Position numbers and translations under genes: made by a program
The notes under the pieces: model-generated
Told to the model about the DNA's origin: nothing
Databases searched by the model: none
The model's input: only the letters and a program-made list of their open reading frames with translations
Shown here: one piece after another, positions 48,442 to 58,860 of the stretch
Numbering within the stretch: position 1 is the first letter of the stretch
How the letters are laid out: every line of letters begins with the position of its first letter
Source of the DNA: Candidatus Zambryskiibacteriota bacterium
GTDB taxonomy: Bacteria > Patescibacteriota > Minisyncoccia > Phycocordibacterales > WO2-35-19
Length of the DNA stretch: 64,000 bases
Assembly: GCA_048499675.1 (NCBI GenBank)
Contig: JASNZL010000009.1
Location: 303 to 64,302, forward strand
Reading direction: 5' to 3'

Positions 48442-48857
48442 TAAGGATATTATACTATCTCGGATACACGAGATACTAAATATTTCTGTGGATAAATAAG
48501 GTAAAAAAATTTAGTTTAAATTATATCAAAAAAGTGATAATGAACCATCAAAAATCTTTATAAAAAAACATACAAAAAAGTGCCAGATTACACTCACACC
48601 ATCACCAACTCAAAAAAGGTTCTATGAGCAAAATTTCTATCCAAAAACGAACGTTCTAACTCATAAATCAAATAACAGTCCGATCTACCATAATATTTAA
48701 CTTAATTTAATTCACTATTTAATTAATCTATCTGCTATCAAATTTCATAACCAATAAAACAAGAAAAAATTCTGATGTATTTATAAAATCTTATCCACAT
48801 AACTTATTGTTAATCGTTGTAATTTTTGTATAATGATTAGTAACGTTTAACAAGCTT

Positions 48858-49094
48858 ATGGAAAACTATATAACTATAAAAAACGCGGCTTCAATTTTGG
48901 GTGTATCAAAAATGACACTTAGAAATTGGGACAAATCTGGTAAACTAACCGCCCTTAGACACCCACTCAACAATTACAGAGTTTACCGAATTTCTGATAT
49001 AGAAAGAATAATTGAACTTATTGAAGCGAGTCCTCTTGTCATACAGAGAAAAAAAGATGAGATTAAGAAGCTATCGGTGAGACACCTAGATTAG
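48858..49094 (+). CDS. Small MerR-family HTH DNA-binding protein
   Basis: TIKNAASILGVSKMTLRNWDKSGKL...RHPLNNYRVY. Confidence 0.85.
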   Translation: MENYITIKNAASILGVSKMTLRNWDKSGKLTALRHPLNNYRVYRISDIERIIELIEASPLVIQRKKDEIKKLSVRHLD

Positions 49095-49105
49095 TTTTTC
49101 TCTGA

Positions 49106-49153
49106 TTTAAAAATTAAAAACATATCATATATGATATGTTTTTAATTTTTAAA
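49106..49153. repeat. Perfect 48-bp spacerless palindrome
   Basis: tttaaaaattaaaaacatatcata|tatgatatgtttttaatttttaaa. Confidence 0.85.
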
Positions 49154-49689
49154 ATATAGATTTTTCAAATTTTACAGATTCTGTAGGAATACTATAACAC
49201 TACATTATAGACGAGTTAAACAAAACTTACTTTTAATCAATTCTTCTTTGTCCACCATATTCAAATTACAACACTAGGCTAGTAGTATAAACTCACCAAA
49301 AAAACCGCATATCAAAATTATATAATTCTTATGAATTTTCATTGATACAGATTTACATCTTTGAGTAATTTTTAATACCAAATACAAATACCATCAAATA
49401 TTACTGGCATTTATAAACAAGGCATACCGCTCAACTATCTTTTGTATTTTGTATCTAGTTCTACTATAAAATTTATTCATACCCCCTATTTAGTATATGC
49501 TTAAATGTACCCAAAAAGTCAATTTTAAATTTAAACACACATAAAAAAGTTTTGTGTTTTGATCATAGACAAGAAATGTACTTTTCTAATGACCTCAATT
49601 GACTATTTTTACAAAAAATCACGATCATTTTATTATCTTTTTTGACAATAAATTTCATAACTATGTAATAAAAATCTTATTGTATCCAT

Positions 49690-49731
49690 ATCAAACCCTC
49701 AGGGATTGATATGACAACCTGAGGGTTTGAT
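49690..49731. repeat. Hairpin upstream of the Y1 transposase
   Basis: atcaaaccctcagg ... cctgagggtttgat. Confidence 0.7.
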
Positions 49732-49791
49732 ACTTATCCACACCCCAAAACACATCCCCCCATTAACCTGATATTATTAAATTATCAAAAT

Positions 49792-50454
49792 ATGAGATAC
49801 GAAACATTTACAAGTAATGAATATTATCACTTATACGCTCGTGGTTCTAATCAAGAGAATATTTTTATTGACGAGCATGACAAAGTGCGTTTTATTTTTT
49901 TGTTATGTCTTTACACTTCCCCAACACGGATCAACAACACTTTTTGGTACGTAAACAATTTCATTAAAAAAGGCGTTTTTGGTTTTAAACCAGACAAACT
50001 TTCGGATGTGACCAAAGATAAAAGCTTGGAACTTAACTGCTTCTGTGTTATGGATAATCATTTTCATATATTAGTCCGCAACGTGGAAGATAATATGATT
50101 TCTGTGTATATGCATAGAGTACTCACTGCATACAGTAAATACTTTAATGCAAAGTATCGGAGAAAAGGTCATGTTTTTGATGGACCATACAAGGCTGTCC
50201 ACATTAAAAACAACAACCAAATACTTCATTTATCAGCCTATATACACAAGAATCCTAAGGATATAAAAGAGTGGTCAAATAAGTATGAGAAATACCCTTG
50301 GTCCTCTCTCTCAGACTACATAAGTACAAATAAGTGGGGTAATTTTATAAGTAAGGACATAATACTTGGTCAATTCAAAACACAAACAGATTACAAAAAT
50401 TTTGTGTCCACAAGCACAGCAAAAGAATATTTATTTGAGGATTTGCTCAAATAA
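49792..50454 (+). mobile_element. Y1/HUH transposase of REP-associated (RAYT-like) type
   Basis: YYHLYARG, CVMDNHFHIL (HUH), GHVF.G.YK, YIHKNP, YPWSS; no tnpB adjacent. Confidence 0.85.
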
Positions 50455-51831
50455 ATCTTTTAGAATTTGAGGATTTGCAGAGCCTTTTGATTCTTTCATG
50501 CCTTGTCCAACAAGAAATTGTAAGGCGCTTAATTTGCCAGCTTTATACTCTTTTATGACTTCTGGATTCAAAGAAATCACCTTATTTACAATGGTTTTGA
50601 GAGATTCCTCATCATTTTTTTGAATTAAACCCTCTCTGAGAGCTATGTCTTTTGGGCTTTCGTCCTTTATGTACATTATTCCGATTATATCTTTAGCTCC
50701 TCGCGAAGATATCTCCCCTTTTTCTATCATTAAAATAAGTTCGGCAAAATTAACAGGATTTATATGACAAAAGTCCTTACCAGCAATATCACTGATTATA
50801 TAATTTGATAATAATTGATATGATTTTTTGTTTATCTTCTCACTAACTTTTTCAAATAAATCAAAATAATCAGTATTTTTTATGTAAAATTCAATATCTT
50901 CTTTCTTTACTGCATACTCACCCAGAATCCTTTTCCTTCTATTTTCTGGTGTCTCTTTTAGATCCTTTGTTAGCGACTCATAAGAAAATTCTCCAATATC
51001 ACCTAGAGCGAGTTTGGGCAGATCTGGATCTGGAAAGTATCTATAGTCGTGAGAATCTTCTTTGGATCTTTGTGAAAATGTCTCTTGTTTTGCCTCGTCC
51101 CATCCCCTTGTTTCTTGTTTGATTTCTCCGCCATTTTCAATTGTTTCTATGTGTCTATTTATCTCAAACATGACAGCTCGTTCTGCCGATCTAAATGAGT
51201 TTAGATTTTTTACCTCAACCTTAGTGCCCAATTTTGGACTTCCTTTCTTTGACACAGAAATATTTGCTTCTAAACGCATTTCGCCCTTTTCCATATTTGC
51301 ATCTGACACACCCAAATATTGCAACAACAACTGTAACTCCTCTCCAAATTTTACTACTTCAGAAGCACTGTGAATAACAGGTTCTGTAACAAGTTCCAAG
51401 AGTGGAACTCCTGCTCTATTAAAATTTACTAAACTATTACCACTTTCTCCATGGGAAGAACTAGCTGTATCTTCTTCTAGATGAATCCTTGTCAACAAAA
51501 CTCCAGCCAATTCCCCACCCGACACAAGAGGATATTTATACTGACTAATTTGATAACCTTTTGGTATATCTGGGTAAAAATAATTCTTTCTATCAAATTC
51601 TGATTTATCTGCCAATTTACCTCCAACAGCCACGCCCACCTTCAATATATGCTTTACAGCCTCTTTGTTGATTACAGGAAGCGTGCCGGGGTGCCCCATA
51701 CAAACAGGGCAAATATTCCAGTTTGGCCTTTCCTCATCTGGATTATTCTTGCAAGCACAAAACATCTTTGTTTGTGTCTTTAATTCTGCATGAACTTCTA
51801 GACCTATTGTTGGTATAAATTCAGAACTCAT
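50431..51831 (-). CDS. gatB: Asp/Glu-tRNA amidotransferase subunit B
   Basis: IGLEVHAEL, FDRKNYFYPD.PKGYQISQ, HLEED, DYRYFPDPDL. Confidence 0.97.
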   Translation of the reverse strand: MSSEFIPTIGLEVHAELKTQTKMFCACKNNPDEERPNWNICPVCMGHPGTLPVINKEAVKHILKVGVAVGGKLADKSEFDRKNYFYPDIPKGYQISQYKYPLVSGGELAGVLLTRIHLEEDTASSSHGESGNSLVNFNRAGVPLLELVTEPVIHSASEVVKFGEELQLLLQYLGVSDANMEKGEMRLEANISVSKKGSPKLGTKVEVKNLNSFRSAERAVMFEINRHIETIENGGEIKQETRGWDEAKQETFSQRSKEDSHDYRYFPDPDLPKLALGDIGEFSYESLTKDLKETPENRRKRILGEYAVKKEDIEFYIKNTDYFDLFEKVSEKINKKSYQLLSNYIISDIAGKDFCHINPVNFAELILMIEKGEISSRGAKDIIGIMYIKDESPKDIALREGLIQKNDEESLKTIVNKVISLNPEVIKEYKAGKLSALQFLVGQGMKESKGSANPQILKDLFEQILK

Positions 51832-51839
51832 ACCATTAT

Positions 51840-52757
51840 TTATACCTTTTTTATTACCCTTTTTGCAAGTTCAAGTGCCGCTTCTTTTGTCTTCGCACTT
51901 GCAAAAAATAAACCTTTGTGGCAAAAAATAGCATCTTTTACGCCTGATACTCTTACTAATTCATCATATGATTTTCCTGCCCACTCTACTGGAAAATCGG
52001 CTCTATTTGATAAATAGTCATTTATATTAGAACGCGCTACTTGTACACCCCAATTTTTACCAACAAAATCTGGGTAAACAACTACATAAACTTTTCTAAA
52101 ATCACTTACCACTCTTTCCCAAGGCAAATATTTATCAAGAACAAGGATTTCTGGTTCGGATTGTTTCTCTATATATTTTAGTACCAAATTCTCCCCTTTT
52201 ATAATACTTTTAGCAATTTCAATTTCTCTTTCGATAATCTTCACTGCAATTTTTAATATTTCATTAAAATTTTTGTCTATATTGTGAGCCCCCTCATCCC
52301 AAGTTGACCTAAACAAATTCATTATATCTACACCAAAGGTGTATTCAGAAATATCATCGTAAATATTTTTTGATAGATTCACTCCATTATCATGGGCATC
52401 AATTGGTACTACAAGCTTTTTATCAATCATTTTTAAAATTTCATCATTTCCGCAAATATTCTTTCCAAACTTTTTCCACACCAAACCAAAAGAGGCATAG
52501 GGAATATTGTTTTCTCTTACCATCTCAAATCCATTTTGGTGATGGTCAAATCTGTTTAATCTTTCGTCATAAGAACCACCCACATCTATTACAATATCTG
52601 ATTTAACAATAACAGATTCTTCTCGAGTTCTAATTATTTTTATCTTTTTATTATTTTTGTTTGCCCACATCATTACCACAGCGCAAGCAAAAACATCATC
52701 GGCATGAAATTGACCGTCGTGAGTACACAATATCAAAGGTTTGCTGAAATTAAACAT
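51840..52757 (-). CDS. MYG1 family protein (DHH-like exonuclease)
   Basis: THDGQFHADD, DVGG, FDHHQ, ASFGLVWK, FCH. Confidence 0.9.
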   Translation of the reverse strand: MFNFSKPLILCTHDGQFHADDVFACAVVMMWANKNNKKIKIIRTREESVIVKSDIVIDVGGSYDERLNRFDHHQNGFEMVRENNIPYASFGLVWKKFGKNICGNDEILKMIDKKLVVPIDAHDNGVNLSKNIYDDISEYTFGVDIMNLFRSTWDEGAHNIDKNFNEILKIAVKIIEREIEIAKSIIKGENLVLKYIEKQSEPEILVLDKYLPWERVVSDFRKVYVVVYPDFVGKNWGVQVARSNINDYLSNRADFPVEWAGKSYDELVRVSGVKDAIFCHKGLFFASAKTKEAALELAKRVIKKV

Positions 52758-52772
52758 AATGAAGTAATTTAA

Positions 52773-55439
52773 TTAACGTTTAATGCTAAATATTATTTTT
52801 CTTATCTCTTCTACTAGAAGGATCGAAGACGCAACCGCTATGGCAATAGCCCAATCATATGGGTCCAATGGGACAAGTCGTAATATGTTTTGCATAAAAG
52901 GATTATAAACTGCAAAAATATGCGACCCTACGGCACCAAAAAGACCCAAAACCAAATACTTATTGGTAAATGGTTTATAAAATGCAGAGTTGGTTTCCGA
53001 CCTCACATTCCAAGCGTTAAACCACTGAAATGCGGCTAAGACAGTTAGCGCCATGGTCCACGCTTTTGCACTACCCATATTGTAATATACAGAAAATGTA
53101 ATGAGAGCAAAAAACGCCATTGTACAACTCATAAGTATTGCTCTAATCCCACCAATTTTTGTCAAAATATTTGTTCCTCTATCACCTTCTTTTAGAGAAA
53201 TTTTTGGCTCAAAACCCAAAGTAACGACCATAAAACCATCAGTAACCAAGTTTAGCCATAATATTTGGCTAGGATAAAGAGGTAAAGGTAAACCAATTAC
53301 CAATGAACCTGCAATTGCAAAAAACTCCCCAAGACTTGTTGAAATCAAATAAAGAACAACTTTCTTAATGGTTGCATATATAGAACGCCCCTCTTCAACT
53401 GCTGCTATTATGCTCTTGAAATTATTATCGAGCAAAACAATGTCCGAGGCATCTTTGGCTACATCTGTACCACCTTTGCCCATAGCAATACCTAGATGGG
53501 CCGCTTGTAGCGACAGCGCATCGTTTACACCATCACCAGTCATACCAATAATATCGCCTCTTAGCTTGTAAGCTTCTACTATTTTAAATTTATGTTCGGG
53601 TAAAACTCTGGCAAAGACAGACACATTTTTTAGCCTCTTTGAAAGCTCTTCCACACTCAATATATCTATTTCTGCCCCCGTAATAACCTTATCTCCATCT
53701 TTATAAATATTTGCCTCTTTGGCAATAGCTTTGGCTGTCCCAACAAAATCGCCCGTTATCATCACTACTCTTATATCATTTTTTTGTACCAGAGAAACAG
53801 CCTTTGAAACTTCTTCTCTCAATACATCCGCCATTGCATACAATCCACCAAAAACAAGTTTGGGCATATTCTCCAAATCAATAGAACTATCATTGTCTTT
53901 GTTATAAGCAAAAGCAAGGACTCTCAATCCCATAGATGAAAATTCTTCAATTTTTGAGTAAATATCGTTCTTATCATTATTATTTATTTCTCTTACTCCC
54001 TCATTTGTCCAAATATGTGAAATTCTAGAAATTATACTTTCAGGTGCACCTATTATTGATAATTTGTATTCTAAATCTTTTATTTTATGAATAGTTGCGT
54101 GAAATTTGTATTTAAAATTAAAAGGAATATCTAAAACTAGTGGCTCTTCGGATTCCAATTCAGATTTTCTAAAACCTGTCTTTTCTCCAAACACAACGAG
54201 CGCCGCCTCGGTAGGATCGCCAAGTATTTTTATTTCATCATTGTGCGTAGACTCGACACTGGCACTGGAACAAAAAGTTGCAATCTTACCTGCAAACAAT
54301 ATCTCTTTATGGTTAGATACCTCTATTGGTTTATCATTAAGAATAATATTACCATCCGAGTTAAACCCCGAACCCAATACTGTGTAAGTTTTGGAATCAA
54401 CATAAACCCTCTCCACCATAAGCTCGTTTTTTGTTATCGTCCCTGTCTTATCTACCGCAATAACATTTGCTTGCCCCAAAGCTTCGACCGCCTGCATATT
54501 TTTTACAAGTGCGTTTCTCTTCGCCATCTTGTAAACTCCCCGTGCTAAAACCAAAGTAATAACAATTGGCAATCCAGCAGGTATCAAAGAGACGGAAACT
54601 GCTGTTGCTGTGAAGAATAGTTCATAAAAATTTAGTCCCCTCATATAACCAACTGAGAGCATAAATATTACTCCAACAAAAACAGAAACCCCGACCACTT
54701 TTGAGAACTGACCTATTTTCTCTTTTAATGGCATCTCAGTATCAATGTCAATTAATTGCTCGGAAATTTGTCCAACATAACTTGATGCCCCTGTTTCGGT
54801 TACAATCGCTCTTGCTTGTCCGGAAACACACAAAGTACCTTTAAAAATCATATTTTTCCTGTCAGGGATAGGAGTTTCTTCATCTATTAAATCTATATTT
54901 TTAGCGACAGACGTTGATTCTCCAGTCAAAGCAGACTCGTTTATTTTTAAATCCTGTAGAGAAATAAGTCTTGCGTCCGCAGGTACTTTGTAGCCATCTC
55001 TTATAACAATCAAGTCCCCAGGAATTAATTCTTCATCCAAAATTTCATACTCTTTTCCATCTCTTACAACTACCGCCAAACCTCTTGTAAATTCTTTTAG
55101 AGAATCTATCGTTTTTCTTGCTTTAAACTCTTGTAATGTGCCGACTATAGAATTAACAAATAAAACAAAAACAATTATTATACCATCAGTAAATTCTCCA
55201 AGAAAATTAACCACGACTCCGGCTATTATTAAAACGTATATTAGAGGATCCTTAAACTGACTAAAAAAAATTCCTATCAAAGTTTTTTTCTTCCCCTCTG
55301 GTATCGAATTTTTTCCATATTCTTTTAATCTCTTTTCTGCCTCTTTTTCTGACAATCCACGATCTGTGGTATTTAGTTTTTCTAATAATTCTTTTTCGTT
55401 CAAAGAATGCCAATTTATTTTTTTTGAAATTTTTTCCAT
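52773..55439 (-). CDS. P-type ATPase (P2A-like scaffold, atypical TM4)
   Basis: TGES, DKTGT, MITGD, GDGVND; PAGLP instead of PEGLP. Confidence 0.9.
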   Translation of the reverse strand: MEKISKKINWHSLNEKELLEKLNTTDRGLSEKEAEKRLKEYGKNSIPEGKKKTLIGIFFSQFKDPLIYVLIIAGVVVNFLGEFTDGIIIVFVLFVNSIVGTLQEFKARKTIDSLKEFTRGLAVVVRDGKEYEILDEELIPGDLIVIRDGYKVPADARLISLQDLKINESALTGESTSVAKNIDLIDEETPIPDRKNMIFKGTLCVSGQARAIVTETGASSYVGQISEQLIDIDTEMPLKEKIGQFSKVVGVSVFVGVIFMLSVGYMRGLNFYELFFTATAVSVSLIPAGLPIVITLVLARGVYKMAKRNALVKNMQAVEALGQANVIAVDKTGTITKNELMVERVYVDSKTYTVLGSGFNSDGNIILNDKPIEVSNHKEILFAGKIATFCSSASVESTHNDEIKILGDPTEAALVVFGEKTGFRKSELESEEPLVLDIPFNFKYKFHATIHKIKDLEYKLSIIGAPESIISRISHIWTNEGVREINNNDKNDIYSKIEEFSSMGLRVLAFAYNKDNDSSIDLENMPKLVFGGLYAMADVLREEVSKAVSLVQKNDIRVVMITGDFVGTAKAIAKEANIYKDGDKVITGAEIDILSVEELSKRLKNVSVFARVLPEHKFKIVEAYKLRGDIIGMTGDGVNDALSLQAAHLGIAMGKGGTDVAKDASDIVLLDNNFKSIIAAVEEGRSIYATIKKVVLYLISTSLGEFFAIAGSLVIGLPLPLYPSQILWLNLVTDGFMVVTLGFEPKISLKEGDRGTNILTKIGGIRAILMSCTMAFFALITFSVYYNMGSAKAWTMALTVLAAFQWFNAWNVRSETNSAFYKPFTNKYLVLGLFGAVGSHIFAVYNPFMQNILRLVPLDPYDWAIAIAVASSILLVEEIRKIIFSIKR

Positions 55440-55491
55440 AAGATTATTTGATTGTTATTTAAACAATTTCTCGTATCGAAATAACAAAAAA

Positions 55492-57459
55492 CTACTCGTG
55501 AATTATTTTTATGCTTGTTTTTAATACTTCGCTCTTTTTTGCACACAGAGCTATTGTTCTCACAAATTCAGAATGGCTCCACACAAGTGGCATAGCAGAT
55601 ATTGGGCTACCTGTATACGGATTTATTTGCTCTGATAAAACAGAATTTTTTGAATTTTTAGTAACCCATTCTATATCTTCAAAGACTTTTTCTAGATCAT
55701 TAACAGAATTAGCACAAGCAATTTTATACTGAGTCAGCCACAAAGTGGTCACGAACCAAGGATTACCGAGAGCTTCTCCACCCACATTTGCATAAGCATC
55801 ATTCTCATATCTTGGAACGCCACCTACTATATTTCCTTTTTTTAACCTCTGATTCAAAACTTCAAACGCCTCTTTCATTTTAGGATCTTCGGGAGACAAA
55901 ATACCATATCTAAATACTCCATAAAAACTACTAACATCTAGATTTGGATCTTTTTCTAATTTTTCACCAACCAAATTAATAAATCTTTTTTCGTTATCAT
56001 CCCATAAATAATTTAATATAGAACTTCGAAGAGACTCAGCTTCTTTGTAAAAATTAGCCATATCTTCCTCTTTTCCAAGTGTTTTAGCAAAATGTCCGGC
56101 AGAAATTAACGCACCATACACAACTGATGCCGTATACGAAGACACCCCGTACTTTTCTTCCCATAAATCATAACTAGGCAGAGGTAGTCCCGTATTAGCA
56201 TCTCTATAGCGAATCATAAACTCCGCAGATCTTTTTATAAATCTATTATATATACTTTCAACAAACTCCAAATCCTTTGCTCTAGAATAATGCTCCCACA
56301 ACCCAACAAGGAGGATTGCTGTCTCGTCTTCCTGAATAGCAAGCTGTCTTCTACCATCCTTTACCCATGGATGCCACGAGCTTCCTAAAGAATAATCTGG
56401 CTGATATTTATGCAAAATATAACCATCTTCTGTTAATACTTCATCTGCAAATTCATAAAATTTTCTTGATAAATCATAAAATCCTACCAAATCAAAGGTC
56501 CATGCCGTATAACACGCATCTCGTGGCCAAACATAACTATAAGTATCCCCACCATACTGAACATTACCAGAATCAGCCGAAGCCAAAATACCACCTCTGT
56601 TATCGGTATGAGTTCTCATAACAAACAAAGAATCATAAAACAATTTTTTTGATTCTTCAGATAAACCATAAAATGGTATTGAAACTTGATTAACCCACGC
56701 TTGCCAAAAATCCTGAGTAGAATCAATTAAGTGTTCGCCTGATTTATTGAGTACATAATCCAAGAGTTCACAAACCTCTCTATAAGTCTCACCAACTGCA
56801 ATCCAGTAATAAACTGTGACTGAAGAATTTTCCGGAATTTCTCTTTTCCACGATATAACAGAATCAACTATGCCATGCTCTATTGGATTTTTTGACAACA
56901 ATCCATCTTCCGCATCCCTCCAAGTCCCCTCTTTACCTTCTATACCACAAAAACCTATACCATAATCATCAAAAGGTTTGTTTTCGCAAACCCCTCCTAC
57001 CAAAAAAACCCTTCTACCCTTATAATGTATTATTGACTCAATGGTACTTGAGAAATATGCAGTATCTGCATGATTTGTATCACCAATTTTGAATTGTTGA
57101 TTAAGGAAAATACTGATTTCTCTTTTTTTATTACTATCATTATTTATTTTAATTTTCCTAAGGAAAATGTTTTTTTCATTGTATACCACATCAAAAGATT
57201 CAATTGAGACATTAATTTTGTCATTACGCAAAGTAACGTTACTCACCATTGTGTTTTTTTGATATTCTATTTTAGCTTTCCAATCCCCATTATCAACCCA
57301 ACTAATTACTCCATCAACAAAAACCCCAATCCTATGAACTTGGTTTTGGCCTACATGATTTTCGTGACCAACATATGGAAAATAGAAATCCCTTACTTGT
57401 CCATAATTATCTAAACAAACAAGTGAATTGCCATTACCCAGAACTAATGAACGTGCCAT
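55492..57459 (-). CDS. Glycoside hydrolase family 15 (glucoamylase-like)
   Basis: YSYVWPRD, QEDET, YDLWEE, LSEQ, PLVWSH. Confidence 0.9.
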   Translation of the reverse strand: MARSLVLGNGNSLVCLDNYGQVRDFYFPYVGHENHVGQNQVHRIGVFVDGVISWVDNGDWKAKIEYQKNTMVSNVTLRNDKINVSIESFDVVYNEKNIFLRKIKINNDSNKKREISIFLNQQFKIGDTNHADTAYFSSTIESIIHYKGRRVFLVGGVCENKPFDDYGIGFCGIEGKEGTWRDAEDGLLSKNPIEHGIVDSVISWKREIPENSSVTVYYWIAVGETYREVCELLDYVLNKSGEHLIDSTQDFWQAWVNQVSIPFYGLSEESKKLFYDSLFVMRTHTDNRGGILASADSGNVQYGGDTYSYVWPRDACYTAWTFDLVGFYDLSRKFYEFADEVLTEDGYILHKYQPDYSLGSSWHPWVKDGRRQLAIQEDETAILLVGLWEHYSRAKDLEFVESIYNRFIKRSAEFMIRYRDANTGLPLPSYDLWEEKYGVSSYTASVVYGALISAGHFAKTLGKEEDMANFYKEAESLRSSILNYLWDDNEKRFINLVGEKLEKDPNLDVSSFYGVFRYGILSPEDPKMKEAFEVLNQRLKKGNIVGGVPRYENDAYANVGGEALGNPWFVTTLWLTQYKIACANSVNDLEKVFEDIEWVTKNSKNSVLSEQINPYTGSPISAMPLVWSHSEFVRTIALCAKKSEVLKTSIKIIHE

Positions 57460-57662
57460 ATTCTAATAATACAGCTTTTCCTTTGTTTCAAAAAGTTTTT
57501 ACTGGGAATAATGAGTTAAAAAGATCTTGTAATTTTTAACCAATTTTAATTTTCAATCATTTAATTTTCAATTCTAATTTTCTTTTTTACTCTGATACCC
57601 AGATTCAAAATTCCAGACTCTATCTTCTTCTTATCTCGTATTTCGTATTTCCTATCTCTTAT

Positions 57663-58763
57663 TTAAATTCCTTCTGCTTTTAGTTTATTTACTGCTTCTT
57701 TTGCAGATTTAGATATTTTCTTAGGAATTTCTACTTTTACTTTTATGAGTATATCTCCTCTTTTTTTATTATTATCTGGCACACCCTTGCCTTTTATTTG
57801 TAAAATATCGCCAGTATTAACTCCTTCTGGGATATTTAGCTTAGAAATTCCGTCAAGTGTAGCCACTTCATAAGTTGCACCAAGAAGAGCGTCAGAAAGC
57901 TTAACGTCCAAATTCATAACCAAATCATTACCTTCTTTGTGAAATATTTTGTGTTTTTTGACATGAGTCTTTACATACAAATCACCTGATACACCACCCT
58001 TGATTGCCTCCCCAGCACCAGAGAGTCTTATCATTTCTCCATTTTCTATACCAGCTGGTATTTTAATTTTTACTTCTTCTTGTTTTTTGTTTATTCCAAG
58101 ACCGTCACAAGTATTGCATTTTTCCTTTGGAACTTTGCCTGTACCACTACAAGTTTCGCAGTTTTTTGTCATTTCTATTGAGCCAAAAATTGTTCTCTTT
58201 TGTTCACGGATAGAACCCTTGCCGTTACAAGTATTACAAGTAATCATTTCGGTTCCCTTTTTTGCACCACTTCCGGAGCAAGTATCACAACTTGATACTT
58301 TATTAATCAAAAACACTCTCTCAACTCCAAAAACCGCTTCCTCAAAAGTAAGTTCTACATCTATCGATATATCTCTCCCACGCTTAACTCTAGAACCACG
58401 TCCTCCTCCAAAAAATTCTCCAAATATATCACCTATGTCAAAGTCAGCACCGAATCCTCCTCCATTCGCAAAACCAGAAAAATCAAAACCAGATGCCTGA
58501 CCACCCCCCGCCCCAGCAAAATCATTCCAATTAAAACCACCCGCTCCACCCTGTCCAGATGTATACTCTCCATATGTATCATATTGGGCTCTCTTCTTTT
58601 CATCAGAAAGCACACTATATGCCTCATTTAGTTCTTTAAACTTGTCTTCATTACCACCCTTTTTGTCTGGATGGTATTCATGAGCCAGCTTTCTAAAAGC
58701 CTTCTTTATATCGTCTTTTGAGGCTTTTTTGTCAACACCTAGAATTTCATAGTAGTCTTTCAT
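57663..58763 (-). CDS. dnaJ: Chaperone DnaJ
   Basis: J domain HPD, G/F region, four CxxCxGxG motifs. Confidence 0.97.
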   Translation of the reverse strand: MKDYYEILGVDKKASKDDIKKAFRKLAHEYHPDKKGGNEDKFKELNEAYSVLSDEKKRAQYDTYGEYTSGQGGAGGFNWNDFAGAGGGQASGFDFSGFANGGGFGADFDIGDIFGEFFGGGRGSRVKRGRDISIDVELTFEEAVFGVERVFLINKVSSCDTCSGSGAKKGTEMITCNTCNGKGSIREQKRTIFGSIEMTKNCETCSGTGKVPKEKCNTCDGLGINKKQEEVKIKIPAGIENGEMIRLSGAGEAIKGGVSGDLYVKTHVKKHKIFHKEGNDLVMNLDVKLSDALLGATYEVATLDGISKLNIPEGVNTGDILQIKGKGVPDNNKKRGDILIKVKVEIPKKISKSAKEAVNKLKAEGI

Positions 58764-58833
58764 CCCGTAGTAGATTTTGGCAATGTTATAATAACGATTC
58801 CGTAGGAATTATTGCCAAAATTCACTACGGGAT
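58762..58833. repeat. Long palindrome (CCCGTAG...CTACGGG type) abutting the dnaJ start
   Basis: atcccgtagt..attttggcaat / attgccaaaatt..actacgggat. Confidence 0.75.
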
Positions 58834-58860
58834 TCATATTGTCCTAATTATAGCAGAATT

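Larger units (their letters stand above)
48487..49742. promoter_or_regulatory. Three perfect DnaA boxes (48487-48495 reverse, 48791-48799, 49734-49742)
   Basis: TGTGGATAA / TTATCCACA in AT-rich intergenic DNA. Confidence 0.5.

Noticed and set aside
48442-49791. oriC
   Set aside because: Boxes are dispersed, there is no dnaA/dnaN nearby, and gene strand bias is the same on both sides.
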